Source of the DNA: a virus
Direction: 5' to 3' (one strand)
Length of the DNA stretch: 64,000 nucleotides
Virus record (IMG/VR): IMGVR_UViG_3300012593_000001
Below, in pieces: positions 1 through 10,306 of this stretch (the stretch's first letter is position 1; each line of letters starts with the position of its first letter). The notes under the pieces were generated by a model that was not told the DNA's origin, made no database searches, and saw nothing but the letters and a program-made list of their open reading frames with translations. The position numbers and the translations under genes were made by a program.

Positions 1-235
1 CAGGGATGATGTAAGAAGCAGGACTGGAAAGATGTGGAAGGTTCAATTTGCACCTAAAACATCTATTCCTACTCGTGCCCCTCGCAAGGTTATTGCTGGC
101 AAAGCAAAGCACATGGAGGAATGGCCGACAATCGTATCTATCGAAAAGGTCGATTCTGTACCTGTACAATGCTTGGAAGTAGATAACGATGACCATTTGT
201 TCGTCTTCGGAAAGAGCGGTTATTTGACTCACAAT
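1..235 (+). mobile_element. C-terminal part of a class 3 intein in TerL
   Basis: Block F VPVQCLEVDNDDHLFVFG (Cys at 170-172), block G GYLTHN ending at 235, followed by +1 Thr (236-238). Confidence 0.9.
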
Positions 236-1273
236 ACTCACCGTATGTTTGATGACCGCCACCACAAGGCCGTACAGACGATGGAAAACAACCTGACGAA
301 GAGAATGGTCGATGACCCGTGGCAGCTCGTTACAACGACCGCTGGCGACCCTAATGAGCCTTCTGTAGCAAAGGCTGCATACGACTTCGGCATGAAGATT
401 TTCAAGGGCAAGGCAAAAGACCCTAGAACCTTCTTTTACCACCGTCAAACTTCGGATGAAAACGCCAAGTTCGACACGATGGGTAACCGAATTAGAGCTC
501 TTAAGGAGGCTTCTGGCGAAGAAGCATCGAAGTTTAGAGACCTCGTATCGGTTGCTGCTAAATGGGATGAAGGTGGAGTAGACACTGCCTACCTCGAGCG
601 CGTGTGGTGCAATAGATGGGTTCAGTCCTCGCAGACCGCGTTTAATGCGCACAAATTCGAGGCTCTAGGCCACCCCTCGCTCGTTATTGAGCCGGGGTCC
701 TTGGTCACCCTAGGCTTCGACGGCGCGCAGACAGATGACTCTACAGGCCTCGTTATGACTGACGTAAAGACCGGCGTACAAAACCTCGTTGGCCTGTGGG
801 AGCGGCCAGAAGGCGTGAAGAAGTGGCGAGTTCCGGTCTCTGAAGTCAACTCTACGGTTGAGATGATTTTCGAAGACTACGAGGTCTTGATGTTCTATGC
901 CGACCCTCCGTACTGGCAAGAAGCCATTTCTACGTGGGAAGGCCGCTGGGAGAAGCGGGTTATCGAGTGGCCTACTCGTAACACCAACAACATGTACTAC
1001 GCTATTCGCTCGTACAATGAGGCTATCGAGCAAGGGGAGCTCTCGCATGACGGCAACCCTGATTTGGTCCGCCACGTAGCTAACGCGGGTAGAAACAACC
1101 TAAATGTGACAGATGACGAGGGCCTTTATAAGTATCGACTTGCTAAGATTACAAAAGACAGAAAATTCGACGCTTGTATGGCAGCTATTTTGAGTTGGCA
1201 AGCGATGTTGGATGCTAAGGCGAAAGGCCTTACAATCGTAGAAGAGAAGCAAGCCCCAAGGAGAATTAGATGA
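1..1273 (+). CDS. terL: Terminase large subunit, C-terminal part (intein C-terminus, rest of ATPase, nuclease domain); 5'-partial
   Basis: Motif III-like VTTTAG, nuclease motifs LGFDGAQTDDSTGL, FYADP and KFDACMA. Frame is open from position 2. Immediately upstream of portal. N-terminal part lies at 63304-64000. Confidence 0.95.
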   Translation, partial: RDDVRSRTGKMWKVQFAPKTSIPTRAPRKVIAGKAKHMEEWPTIVSIEKVDSVPVQCLEVDNDDHLFVFGKSGYLTHNTHRMFDDRHHKAVQTMENNLTKRMVDDPWQLVTTTAGDPNEPSVAKAAYDFGMKIFKGKAKDPRTFFYHRQTSDENAKFDTMGNRIRALKEASGEEASKFRDLVSVAAKWDEGGVDTAYLERVWCNRWVQSSQTAFNAHKFEALGHPSLVIEPGSLVTLGFDGAQTDDSTGLVMTDVKTGVQNLVGLWERPEGVKKWRVPVSEVNSTVEMIFEDYEVLMFYADPPYWQEAISTWEGRWEKRVIEWPTRNTNNMYYAIRSYNEAIEQGELSHDGNPDLVRHVANAGRNNLNVTDDEGLYKYRLAKITKDRKFDACMAAILSWQAMLDAKAKGLTIVEEKQAPRRIR

Positions 1274-2874
1274 GATTCACGATTACCCCCGGCGATGATT
1301 TGACCGCGGATGCGCCAAGCGGTTCGCCGGATTATATCGCCTCTAAGCTCATGAAGGAGATTATGGATAGACGTAATCACCTCGAAGAGTTTAAGGCGTA
1401 TCTCGAAGGTGCCCCTATCGGCAACCGTTACGAGCCGGAAGAAGAAAAGCAGTTTAACGGCATTGAAAAGCTTCGTGACATGTCGATTAACAACTATGCG
1501 AAGCTGATTGTCTCTGCTACTACCGACCGTCTCGGCATTATTGGCTTTAGAACCGCAGCCGCAGCGGACGAGACCGGCGACAAGGACGCGGCTCGCATGT
1601 TCGATAAGGATGGCCTAGGCGCTAAGGCTCAAGAGGCTATGGGGCTTGCTTGTGCCTACCGACAGGCCTACCTCTACGTAGACCCGCTGACTAAGACTCA
1701 GCGGATTATCCCGCCATCTAACGCCGCGGTGATTTCCGATGTAACCGGCGAACCTGTGGCAGCTATCGTATTGCAGCGCCACCGCATTCTTGGTCAAGAG
1801 ATTATGCAGGTCTTCTCTCGTGATATCGATGAAGAGACCGGCGAAGCTAAGGGTGACGTAGAAATGCACGTCGCCGCTCGAGAGTACAACGAAAACACTA
1901 TAGTCAAGCCTTTTAAGTTGACTGAGTACGATACCGAGGTTCCAATGGCTCGTTATCACGGTCAGGGCTCTCTGGTTAACGGTTGGACGTGGTGGAAGCA
2001 GCGCTCTTTGCCGCTTACTCGTATTCCGATTACTGTCCTCAAGAACAAGGACGGCAAGAACGAATTCGAGGATAATACGGCTACTATCGACCGTATTAAC
2101 CACATGCTCTTCCAGCGTGTCATCATTGCTACCATGCAGGCTTTCCGCCAGAGAGCTGTTAAGGGTAACTTCCCTGATAAGGATAGAGATGGCAACAAGA
2201 TTGACTACGAAGAGATGTTCGCTACGGGCCCTGCAACCTTGTGGACGCTCCCAGAAGGAGCGGAGATGTGGGAGTCTACGCCTCCTACCTTCCAGGACAT
2301 CCTACTTTCGGTAAAGGATGACGAGAAGGCTCTGGCTTCTCAGACCTACACTCCTATGACGTACTTCTCTGACAGCGCTAATATGGCAGCTGAGGGAGCT
2401 AATTTACAGCGTGAGAACTACCTGTCTAAGGTTGACGACCGTAGACGGCGTTTTGGCGCTGCATGGTCTCGCCACATGTCTATTCTGTTCGAAGTTAATG
2501 GTGACCAAGAGCGCGCTCAGATTGAGCAGCTGGAGCCCATCTTCCAGCCTCTCCAGATGGCTTCTCTCAACGAGCAGACCGCGGCATTCTCTACCTTGCG
2601 CAGCCAGAAGGTCTCCTTCGAGACCGCGGCTCGTTTCGCTTTGGGTATGACTCCCGAAGAGATTCGCCGTGCTAAGCAGGAATCCATTCAGGAGACCTTG
2701 ATGAGCCAGCTCACCAACTCTGTGAATCAGGTCACCCCACTGGCTAAGACTTCTAATCAGGCCACCACCAACCAGCGGATTGGTGGTGCTGGCTCAGGAG
2801 GCTTGCAAAGTGACTCCGTATCCACTATGTCTAGAAATTCGAACATGAAGAAGCCTTCTGGAAGTGAGAGCTAA
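1270..2874 (+). CDS. Portal protein (SPP1 gp6-like, actinophage type)
   Basis: 534 aa after terL; NYAKLIV..TDRL and IDRINH..QAFRQRAVKG segments typical of actinophage portals. Confidence 0.9.
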   Translation: MRFTITPGDDLTADAPSGSPDYIASKLMKEIMDRRNHLEEFKAYLEGAPIGNRYEPEEEKQFNGIEKLRDMSINNYAKLIVSATTDRLGIIGFRTAAAADETGDKDAARMFDKDGLGAKAQEAMGLACAYRQAYLYVDPLTKTQRIIPPSNAAVISDVTGEPVAAIVLQRHRILGQEIMQVFSRDIDEETGEAKGDVEMHVAAREYNENTIVKPFKLTEYDTEVPMARYHGQGSLVNGWTWWKQRSLPLTRIPITVLKNKDGKNEFEDNTATIDRINHMLFQRVIIATMQAFRQRAVKGNFPDKDRDGNKIDYEEMFATGPATLWTLPEGAEMWESTPPTFQDILLSVKDDEKALASQTYTPMTYFSDSANMAAEGANLQRENYLSKVDDRRRRFGAAWSRHMSILFEVNGDQERAQIEQLEPIFQPLQMASLNEQTAAFSTLRSQKVSFETAARFALGMTPEEIRRAKQESIQETLMSQLTNSVNQVTPLAKTSNQATTNQRIGGAGSGGLQSDSVSTMSRNSNMKKPSGSES

Positions 2875-4340
2875 TGATTCAGGCACAATCTCTGCCGCCG
2901 AATAAGTCGGTTTACGATTACCCTATTGTCCTACCGGGGCAAGAGCTCACAGAAGAGCAGAAGACACAAGCTCAGCTCGCGCAGATTGCCGGTATCATCC
3001 TTGCTACTGCCGCGGCTAAAGATGGTATCGAGCAAGCGACCACTAATCAGCTCATTACGATGCTTCGCGCAACGGACCTAACCAGCCGTAAGGCCGTAGA
3101 GGTCTTTGCGAAAAACGCAGCTCAGTTGGTAGGTCTTGCTATCAAGGCCACGAGAGACGTAACGTGGGCTGGAGTGGCTTCTAGAGCTAACGTCATGGAG
3201 ATTCCGTTTGCCTCAAATATCCCTTCCGAGGAAGAGATTCCGGCTAAGTTGCGCTATTCTCGTAGTACTGGCCTGAGCTCTGCGTACAAGCGTATTGCCG
3301 ATGAGTACACAGAGAATCTGAAGCGTACTCCTGATGACCCTGTTATCGCTGAGCTCATTAGGCAGTTCGAGTCTCAGAATATGACTCCGGTGCCGAGGCC
3401 AGACAACATTTCGCACGATGCTTTCGAAGAGGCTATCAACGATGACAAAGAAAAAGACTGGGAAGAAATCTTCCGCAAAGCGGAAGAGACAACGCAACGC
3501 GAAGAAAAGAGCCGCGTTGACGCATGGGCAACGAGTCCAGAGGCGCAACAAACGCTTACAGAAACAGCGGGAGCGTCAGGAACGCGCAAGCCAAAAAGAG
3601 ATGACGGTAGCCAGTGGGCTGCAAGGGATTATCGGGAGCTCTTCCCCGATGATGCGAATGACATCCCTGATGAACCTGAACGAGAAGAATCCGTTGATGA
3701 GTCTGGCGATGCCTCCGATACCAGAACCACCAAGCGGGAAGACTCAGGAGAGCGGGAGGATGGTGCCCCTGCCGATGCCGAGGATACCGAATTTCGCCTT
3801 ACCGACCGGGAGAAGAGAGTCGTAATCGAGAAGTACGCTCAACATAAGGCCGAAGAGAGAGCGGAAAGAATGGTCTCTCAGGATGTCGCTTCTACCTCGA
3901 GAAATACGCACAATGTGGCTATCAATAAGATGCCAGCTAAGAAGCTTTCTGGCTTTAGACGTGTAGTTCACCCTGAGCTGTCGAAATCCGGCTCTTGCGG
4001 ACTGTGCGTTGTAGCGTCTACTATGAGATACACGAAGCGCGACTTGATGCCAATTCACGCTAACTGCAAGTGCGAAGTTGCCGAGATTTATCGTTTTGAT
4101 GATGGAACTGAGTTCGACCCCGGACATCAGATTAATCTCGAAGACCTTGGAGCTTTCTATAATGCAGCTGGCTCGGATGGTATCGCTTCTACGCACGGCT
4201 GGGACCTAAAGAAGGGTAGATACGTCATCGAGGACCACCCTGAATACGGACCTACGCTTGTTAGTGCAAATACCAAGAAGAAAATCGACTCTGTGCTATA
4301 CACTCCTTCGGAGTACCAGCGCAGATACAGAGAGGATTAA
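2874..4340 (+). CDS. MuF-like minor capsid protein / 'capsid maturation protease'
   Basis: After portal; FRRV..CGLC..PIHANCKC motif; long acidic central segment. Confidence 0.7.
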   Translation: MIQAQSLPPNKSVYDYPIVLPGQELTEEQKTQAQLAQIAGIILATAAAKDGIEQATTNQLITMLRATDLTSRKAVEVFAKNAAQLVGLAIKATRDVTWAGVASRANVMEIPFASNIPSEEEIPAKLRYSRSTGLSSAYKRIADEYTENLKRTPDDPVIAELIRQFESQNMTPVPRPDNISHDAFEEAINDDKEKDWEEIFRKAEETTQREEKSRVDAWATSPEAQQTLTETAGASGTRKPKRDDGSQWAARDYRELFPDDANDIPDEPEREESVDESGDASDTRTTKREDSGEREDGAPADAEDTEFRLTDREKRVVIEKYAQHKAEERAERMVSQDVASTSRNTHNVAINKMPAKKLSGFRRVVHPELSKSGSCGLCVVASTMRYTKRDLMPIHANCKCEVAEIYRFDDGTEFDPGHQINLEDLGAFYNAAGSDGIASTHGWDLKKGRYVIEDHPEYGPTLVSANTKKKIDSVLYTPSEYQRRYRED

Positions 4341-4342
4341 AA

Positions 4343-4840
4343 ATGCCTAAGATTAACATGGACCAGCTACTCGAGGCTGTTAACGGTCTTATTGGTGAAG
4401 AAAATGAAGAGGGCTCTAATAAGGAGGCCAACACCAAGGAAGAGCGCCGTAAGGCACAGGAAGTAGCCGAGGAAGCAGAGCGCAAGGCAGAGGCTAAGCG
4501 CAAGGCCGAAGAGGAAGAGAAGGCCAAGGAAAAGGCCGAGAAGGAGAAGAAGGATGCCGAAGAAAAGCAAGCCAAGCAAGAACAGAGAGTCATCGACTCC
4601 AAGCTGGAAGCGGGTTTTGCTCAATCTGGCTTTGATAAGCAAGCTCGTGAAGTACTCTCCGAATTCGTAAACTATGGTAGCCTTAAGAACGATGACGGTG
4701 AAGCCGACGAAGAGAAGATTGACAAGTTTATCGACGCGGTTTCTTCCGTAGCTCTTCGCAAGCCACCACGTAGCAAGGGCAAGAAGATTGACCATGATAA
4801 TATGGGTGGCATTGGCAAGTACTTGGAAATTGACATTTAA
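4343..4840 (+). CDS. Scaffolding protein
   Basis: Charged coiled-coil (EEEEKAKEKAEKEKK); position before capsid genes; GAGG RBS. Confidence 0.7.
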   Translation: MPKINMDQLLEAVNGLIGEENEEGSNKEANTKEERRKAQEVAEEAERKAEAKRKAEEEEKAKEKAEKEKKDAEEKQAKQEQRVIDSKLEAGFAQSGFDKQAREVLSEFVNYGSLKNDDGEADEEKIDKFIDAVSSVALRKPPRSKGKKIDHDNMGGIGKYLEIDI

Positions 4841-4850
4841 GGAGTAGAGC

Positions 4851-5267
4851 ATGGCTCTTCACAATAACCTGCATGTGCAGGATGGCCTTGATAAGCACAC
4901 CGTTCTGGGTGACCGTCGCTGGCTGCGTACCGCGCACGGTAACACTGATGGTGTAAACGCTAACCTCGTAATCGATGACACCCTCAAGGCTGAGGGTACT
5001 CACCGCGAAGGTAACTGGATTAAGTCCGGTCTGCCTGTAACCTTCGATGAGAAGACCAAGACGGTTAAGATGTGGAAGAAGGGTGCCGGTGATATTTACG
5101 GCTTCCTCTACACTGACCATCGTGTGGTAGACTTTGCTGGTGAATTCTATGAAACTATCCCAGTGGCAGTTCTGGTCCACGGCATGATTTATGCTCAGTG
5201 GCTTCCGGTTGAGGTTACCGATAAGGACCTTAAGAATACTCCGCTGATTCAGAACACCATTCTGTAA
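4851..5267 (+). CDS. Capsid decoration protein
   Basis: 138 aa immediately before MCP; IKSGLPV..GFLY..HG.I...LP pattern; strong AAGGAG RBS. Confidence 0.65.
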   Translation: MALHNNLHVQDGLDKHTVLGDRRWLRTAHGNTDGVNANLVIDDTLKAEGTHREGNWIKSGLPVTFDEKTKTVKMWKKGAGDIYGFLYTDHRVVDFAGEFYETIPVAVLVHGMIYAQWLPVEVTDKDLKNTPLIQNTIL

Positions 5268-5278
5268 GGAGATAATAA

Positions 5279-6475
5279 ATGGCTAAGGTAAATCTAGATT
5301 TTCTCGAGCCAGAGGTAGCAACCACTCTGGCCCGTAGGGAGCTCGCTGATTTCGATATCAACGACAACACTTCCTACGCTAAGTTCCTTCCTTCTCAGGA
5401 AGTCCCGGATATCGAGTACGCTATCGATGTTGACACTGCGGACCGTATCACTGCGGCTAACTGGCGCATGTTCAACGGTACGACCACTTCTGAAGTCTGG
5501 GGCCAAGGCGAGAAGGCACGCGGTAGACTGATGCCGCTGTCCCGTAACTTCATCCTCGATGAAGAGTCCCGACTGCGTATGCGCAACAACGCGGACCAGC
5601 TGATGGAGCGCGAGGCTGCTAACCTTGTGCGCCGTGCAGCTCGTTCTATCGCTTTGCAGGTTAACTTGCAGCGCGCTAACGCAATCTACAATGGTCGTAT
5701 TGACCTGAACGGCTCTGGCGGTCTTCGTCAGACTGTGGACTTTGGCCGTAAGGAAGAGTTCACCAACACCGCGGCTAAGCTGTTCACTGACCCGTCTGCT
5801 GACCCGATTCAGCACCTTCAGGACCAGGTAGAGCTGTACGAGGACGAGAATGGCTTCCGTCCTGAGCTGATGCACATGACCACCCGCATCCGCTCCCTGA
5901 TTGCTAACCACCCGACCGTTCGCGCTGCTATTTACGGCTCTGACCGTGCTGGCGAGTCTCGCGCTCGTGTGAACGCAGCGGACCTGAATTCCTACCTCGC
6001 GGATTGCGACCTGCCTGAGATTTTCATTACCGGCACCTCTAAGGTTAAGGTTGATGACCTCGATAACGGCGGCGCTTCCAAGCTGGTTTACTTGGCACCG
6101 CAGGACTCCATTACCTTCACCCCGGCTTCCGGCGACCCGGCTAACCCTGAGTCTTCCGTATTTGGCCGTACCTTCTGGGGTCAAACGATGTCTGCTAACC
6201 TGCCTGAGTTCTCTCCGGCTTCCTCTGGTTTGGACCTTGAAGGTATCGTTGCAGCTATCATCGAGCACGGTTGGCCTGCTCAGCAAGAGGTTATTGCGGA
6301 TGCAATCGCTATGCCGGTTGTCTTTAATCCGAACTACACTCTGCGTACTAAGGTCATCGAGGGCCCTAAGGATTCCGCCGCCGCAGCTGGCAACACCGCA
6401 GGTGCTAACACTGGTGCTAACACTGGTGCTAACACTGGTGCTAACACTGGTGCTTCTGCTGGTACGGAGGGTTAA
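5279..6475 (+). CDS. Major capsid protein
   Basis: 398 aa, AAGGAG RBS, highly biased codon usage, VDFGR and AIAMPVVFNPN segments; low-complexity C-terminal tail. Confidence 0.9.
   Translation: MAKVNLDFLEPEVATTLARRELADFDINDNTSYAKFLPSQEVPDIEYAIDVDTADRITAANWRMFNGTTTSEVWGQGEKARGRLMPLSRNFILDEESRLRMRNNADQLMEREAANLVRRAARSIALQVNLQRANAIYNGRIDLNGSGGLRQTVDFGRKEEFTNTAAKLFTDPSADPIQHLQDQVELYEDENGFRPELMHMTTRIRSLIANHPTVRAAIYGSDRAGESRARVNAADLNSYLADCDLPEIFITGTSKVKVDDLDNGGASKLVYLAPQDSITFTPASGDPANPESSVFGRTFWGQTMSANLPEFSPASSGLDLEGIVAAIIEHGWPAQQEVIADAIAMPVVFNPNYTLRTKVIEGPKDSAAAAGNTAGANTGANTGANTGANTGASAGTEG
6401..6454 (+). repeat. Tandem 12-bp repeat GGTGCTAACACT x4.5 encoding (GANT)n
   Basis: Perfect units at 6401, 6413, 6425 and 6437 plus a partial copy. 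Confidence 0.95.
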
Positions 6476-6477
6476 TC

Positions 6478-6873
6478 ATGGCTAAGGTATTGAAGCAGAA
6501 TGTCGTGCTAAGAGACAATCCTCCTGTTGGTCTGCTTCATGCCTTCGTCGCTGGTCAAACCCTTCCAGCATGGGCCGAAGAGCAGGTAAAGGATTCTCCG
6601 CATCTCTTCCATGAGAGCGGGGATTCCCGTACCTCTGCAACCCAGCGGACTAGAGCTCAAGTTGACGCGGCTACTCCGAAGCCTAAGAAGGTGGAGAAGA
6701 AGCCCGTAGAGGAAGAGCTGGAAGTCCCTAAGGTTCATGCATCTAAGAAGATTTGGTTTGACTTCGCAAAGAAGGCTTATGGCCTAGATGTTGACTACTC
6801 TGCAATTACTCGAGATGAGATTGTAGAAAAGGTCAAGGAGCTAGACCCAGACCTCGAGATTCCCGAAGACTAA
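6478..6873 (+). CDS. Hypothetical virion-cluster protein
   Basis: GGAGG RBS; follows MCP. Confidence 0.7.
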   Translation: MAKVLKQNVVLRDNPPVGLLHAFVAGQTLPAWAEEQVKDSPHLFHESGDSRTSATQRTRAQVDAATPKPKKVEKKPVEEELEVPKVHASKKIWFDFAKKAYGLDVDYSAITRDEIVEKVKELDPDLEIPED

Positions 6874-6888
6874 AAGCTAAACGCTTTT

Positions 6889-6929
6889 ACTCCGAATGCG
6901 CTAAAATAGTTGCGTGTTCGGAGTTTTTG
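6889..6929 (+). terminator. Intrinsic terminator after head genes
   Basis: ACTCCGAATGCGC / GCGTGTTCGGAGT stem followed by a T-run. Confidence 0.75.
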
Positions 6930-6945
6930 CTATCTAGGAGAAAAT

Positions 6946-7410
6946 ATGGCAGTAGAATTTACTACCTATGACGAGGTTGTCCCCCTCGTTAAGGGTGCAA
7001 TTAGTGAGAATAGAAAGGTCTTTATCCAAAAGAAGATTAAGTCTACCTCTGTAAGGCTGGCGGCGAGGTTCCCTAATCTCATTAACCGCTGGAAGGAAGA
7101 GGAAAAGCTTGAGGAATCTACCCTTGTTGACTTTGTAACGGCAATGGTAGAAGAGTCTGTCGCTAGACAGGTTAATAACCCAGATGGTTTCTCTTCCGAA
7201 ACTATGGGTCCGTTCGCATATTCTAAGTTCGACTCTGAAGACCCGCTCAAGGGTCTCTTTGATGCCGCGGACTTAAAGGCTCTGGAAGAGCTCTTGGATG
7301 AAGGCGATAAGCAGGTTCCGGTTATTAGAATGAAGCCTGATGTCTTACCAGGTGCGCCAATCACGTACTCTGGTAGATACTTGGCTAACGAGCGGATTAG
7401 GAGACGATAA
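6946..7410 (+). CDS. Head-to-tail adaptor
   Basis: NPDGFSSETMGPFAYS motif; AGGAG RBS before ATG 6946. Confidence 0.75.
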   Translation: MAVEFTTYDEVVPLVKGAISENRKVFIQKKIKSTSVRLAARFPNLINRWKEEEKLEESTLVDFVTAMVEESVARQVNNPDGFSSETMGPFAYSKFDSEDPLKGLFDAADLKALEELLDEGDKQVPVIRMKPDVLPGAPITYSGRYLANERIRRR

Positions 7411-7814
7411 TGGGCTTTTATACGAGCGCAGCGGGCCAGAGGGTATTTGTGTACCGTAAGCCCCGCCAGCAGGACCACACGCTGCCTAAAAACCCTCCCC
7501 GGCACCGCATCCCCGTTTTGTACGGTTACGAGCTTGTAGAGGAAATACAGGGCGGTGTTATCGCTCCAAGAACTACGAGCTATGTTAATGGTATTCCCGG
7601 AGACCAGCCGCAGAGTATGCTCGGCAAGACCTTGTACTGTGAGACGAGCACGCCTGTCTACTCGGGAGACTTGATTGTTCATGAGGATGTCAACGGCAGA
7701 CCTCAGGTTTACACGGTAGAAGGTGAAGGCGAAAACTCCTATATCTCTCCCTACTCGAGCATCCACGGTGGCAGAGAGATTTTCATTCAGCGCGTACGCT
7801 ATAGACAGGATTAA
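7410..7814 (+). CDS. Head-to-tail stopper (putative)
   Basis: Synteny, size and YTVEGE motif. Confidence 0.55.
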   Translation: MGFYTSAAGQRVFVYRKPRQQDHTLPKNPPRHRIPVLYGYELVEEIQGGVIAPRTTSYVNGIPGDQPQSMLGKTLYCETSTPVYSGDLIVHEDVNGRPQVYTVEGEGENSYISPYSSIHGGREIFIQRVRYRQD

Positions 7815-7816
7815 TC

Positions 7817-8341
7817 ATGCCTAGACTGAAATTTATCCCAGATGATTCTGGTAGAGGCAAATACGGTCCACCAAAGTATGACATTACCAATCGAAGCTAC
7901 GTTCGAAACGAGCTTAGAGCGCAAGCGGACTTGATGAACTTAGGCAGGAGAGATAGAAAAGGTGACGTTAGGACTCATAGGCCTAGGTACTTCTCTTACT
8001 GGCATGAAACAAATAGGTGGCTTAACAACTCTCGTCCCTACAAGTCTGACCTTAAGAGGGCCGCTTTGCAGATTAAGCGTGAGCTGAGAGCGGCAATTCC
8101 CGAGGGAGACCCTAGAAACGGTCACGTGAGAGATGATATCTTCATCGCAGCAACACCGCGAGGTAACCGCTCCAGTAACCGTATGGCCTATAACGTTTAC
8201 TTTAGAGGTAAGCGCTCTATGGAAGCTAACTTTAAGTCTGGCAAGAAAGGCCACTACGACAAGCGGACAGGCCGCTCTGTTGGCGGTACTCGTTGGTCTG
8301 ACCAAGCTCTTGCTAACGCTTCTCGTAAGCGGCTTGGATGA
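7817..8341 (+). CDS. Basic neck / tail-completion protein (putative)
   Basis: Synteny; Arg/Lys-rich. Confidence 0.5.
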   Translation: MPRLKFIPDDSGRGKYGPPKYDITNRSYVRNELRAQADLMNLGRRDRKGDVRTHRPRYFSYWHETNRWLNNSRPYKSDLKRAALQIKRELRAAIPEGDPRNGHVRDDIFIAATPRGNRSSNRMAYNVYFRGKRSMEANFKSGKKGHYDKRTGRSVGGTRWSDQALANASRKRLG

Positions 8342-8371
8342 TACAATGAATAAGATTTTATGGAGGTAATT

Positions 8372-8860
8372 ATGGAAGACTATCTAACTCCTGATATGGA
8401 GGCTATCGTTAAGAAAATCCTGTCTGGGATTGTGCCAGATGAGAAAATCGGCACAACCAGAAATGAAATTGCCCCCATTTTTAATGACTACGGAAGCGGG
8501 CCTTATGATGCCCTCGAAGAAGTCGATAACTACGATATTTCTGAGTTTGACTACATTCAGGTAAGAAGAATGCTGGGGTATTTCTCTGACTCTCTTACTG
8601 ATATGTCAGGTATCGAGATTACAACTTTCTCCAAGGACGCGCAGAGAGCTCACTACTTAATGTCTCAGGCTTCCAAGCGGATTGTCGCGGCAGAAGGAGA
8701 ATGTTTTTATGCGCGAAGTATGGAGTCTGATGAAGAGGTAGAATGGCTTATCGACTTTATCGAGGTACTTAATGGTCCTACTGAGAACTACCCTAAGGTT
8801 CTCGATGACCGCTCTGTAGAGAAGAATTTCGAGATACACGTGAGAGTGAAGTGGTTGTAA
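8372..8860 (+). CDS. Tail terminator (putative)
   Basis: GGAGGT RBS before ATG 8372; YIQVRR.LG motif; precedes the tail tube gene. Confidence 0.6.
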   Translation: MEDYLTPDMEAIVKKILSGIVPDEKIGTTRNEIAPIFNDYGSGPYDALEEVDNYDISEFDYIQVRRMLGYFSDSLTDMSGIEITTFSKDAQRAHYLMSQASKRIVAAEGECFYARSMESDEEVEWLIDFIEVLNGPTENYPKVLDDRSVEKNFEIHVRVKWL

Positions 8861-10306
8861 ATGACTAACACATCTGTAATTACCTATGACCCTAGTATCG
8901 TAGGAGATAAGAGATACCTTCAAATTAAAAGGTTTATGTCGGCAAACCCATATCTAGAGGATTTCAATCCTGTGTATGGCGAGGATAATCTTTCATTTTT
9001 GGGGTTTCTTGGGGATGCTGTAATTGATGTCACAACCGGAGAAGTCCATGATATAGAGTGGAGCGGAGGCAAGAATAATGTAAAATCTGAACCCGCAAGC
9101 TATCTATCTAGCACTCTTATGAATTGGGATGATGCTAGTAAAGAGGTTAAAGAATACTATAATCAGTCCAAGATTGTAAGTGTTGAGCCGGGCAAAATTG
9201 TTGTCGAGTCTCCAAACGAGGTGTTCTGGTATTCTTACGCTAAAACCGATGCTTCATTTGCTGAAGATGAGCCTCTTTTGGCCGAAATACATGATAACGA
9301 AAGAGCTGTAGTTACGAAGGTTAATTTCGCTGGTCGTTCTGAGCCATCTGAGGTGGTTTATGCCAATGGTCACACAACGATTGACGGTGATAATCTAAAA
9401 GACAAGCTTCAGGCCAAGGCGGAAGCTTATAAAGCTCTTAAGGAGAATTCCCCAGAGACTCCGGCAGAAGAGTCTGAGCCTCAGCCTTCTGCACCAGAAC
9501 CAGAACCGGAGACGGAAGAAGACACCACCCCGGAAGAGTCTGGTACAATTCCAAGTGATGACCCTGCGGCCACAGATGAGCACGCAGATGAAACTGATAA
9601 TTCAGGAGATAACATGGCTAAGTATGACGAACTTGCCGCAGCTAAGGGCAAGCTTATTCGCAAGGCACTCGGCGGCTTCATTATGGTTGCCCCGATGGAC
9701 GTAAAGGTCCCGGAGAAGATTTTTGCTGACAAGGAAGGCAACTTTGTTGACTTCAAGAAGCTTGGCTTCACTCCGCTTGGTTGGCTGACCAAGGGTGACG
9801 GCATTAACTTCTCCCGTGAGACCGAGCAGGCCGAGGTTGAGTCCTTCGGCGCTCAGGAGCCAACTCGTGTTGACTTCACCAAGGACACCACCTCTGCGGC
9901 ATTCAACTGCCAGGAGACCAACAAGAAAGTTCTGGAGCTCTACTACTCTCAGGACCTGTCCGAGGTTAAGCCGGATTCTGAGACCGGCGAGATTTCCTTT
10001 GAGCAGCGCGACCCGGAGACCATCTACCGCCGCATGATTTACATTGCGCACGATGGTAAGGGCAAGGATGCTAAGTACATCGTTAAGATTATGCCGAAGG
10101 CAACCATTTCCGAGGTTCAGGAGCAGGCTTGGTCTTCCGAGTCCGAGCTGGCTTACGGCATGACCGCTAAGGCTTCTAAGGACGATGACCTTGGCTACTC
10201 CGTCCGCCACGTCTTCGGCGGACCGGGCTTCGAGAAGCTTTATGCTGACATGGGCTTCACTAAGCCTAAGGCTGCATCTGGTTCCGGTAACACCGCTTCT
10301 CAGTAA
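8861..10306 (+). CDS. Major tail (tube) protein: canonical domain from ATG 9614, with an in-frame 251-codon N-terminal extension
   Basis: From 9614 (CAGGAG RBS): LIRKALGG..LGWLTKGDGINFSRE..VESFG..EPTR, an actinophage tube signature. No stop between 8861 and 9614. Confidence 0.85.
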   Translation: MTNTSVITYDPSIVGDKRYLQIKRFMSANPYLEDFNPVYGEDNLSFLGFLGDAVIDVTTGEVHDIEWSGGKNNVKSEPASYLSSTLMNWDDASKEVKEYYNQSKIVSVEPGKIVVESPNEVFWYSYAKTDASFAEDEPLLAEIHDNERAVVTKVNFAGRSEPSEVVYANGHTTIDGDNLKDKLQAKAEAYKALKENSPETPAEESEPQPSAPEPEPETEEDTTPEESGTIPSDDPAATDEHADETDNSGDNMAKYDELAAAKGKLIRKALGGFIMVAPMDVKVPEKIFADKEGNFVDFKKLGFTPLGWLTKGDGINFSRETEQAEVESFGAQEPTRVDFTKDTTSAAFNCQETNKKVLELYYSQDLSEVKPDSETGEISFEQRDPETIYRRMIYIAHDGKGKDAKYIVKIMPKATISEVQEQAWSSESELAYGMTAKASKDDDLGYSVRHVFGGPGFEKLYADMGFTKPKAASGSGNTASQ

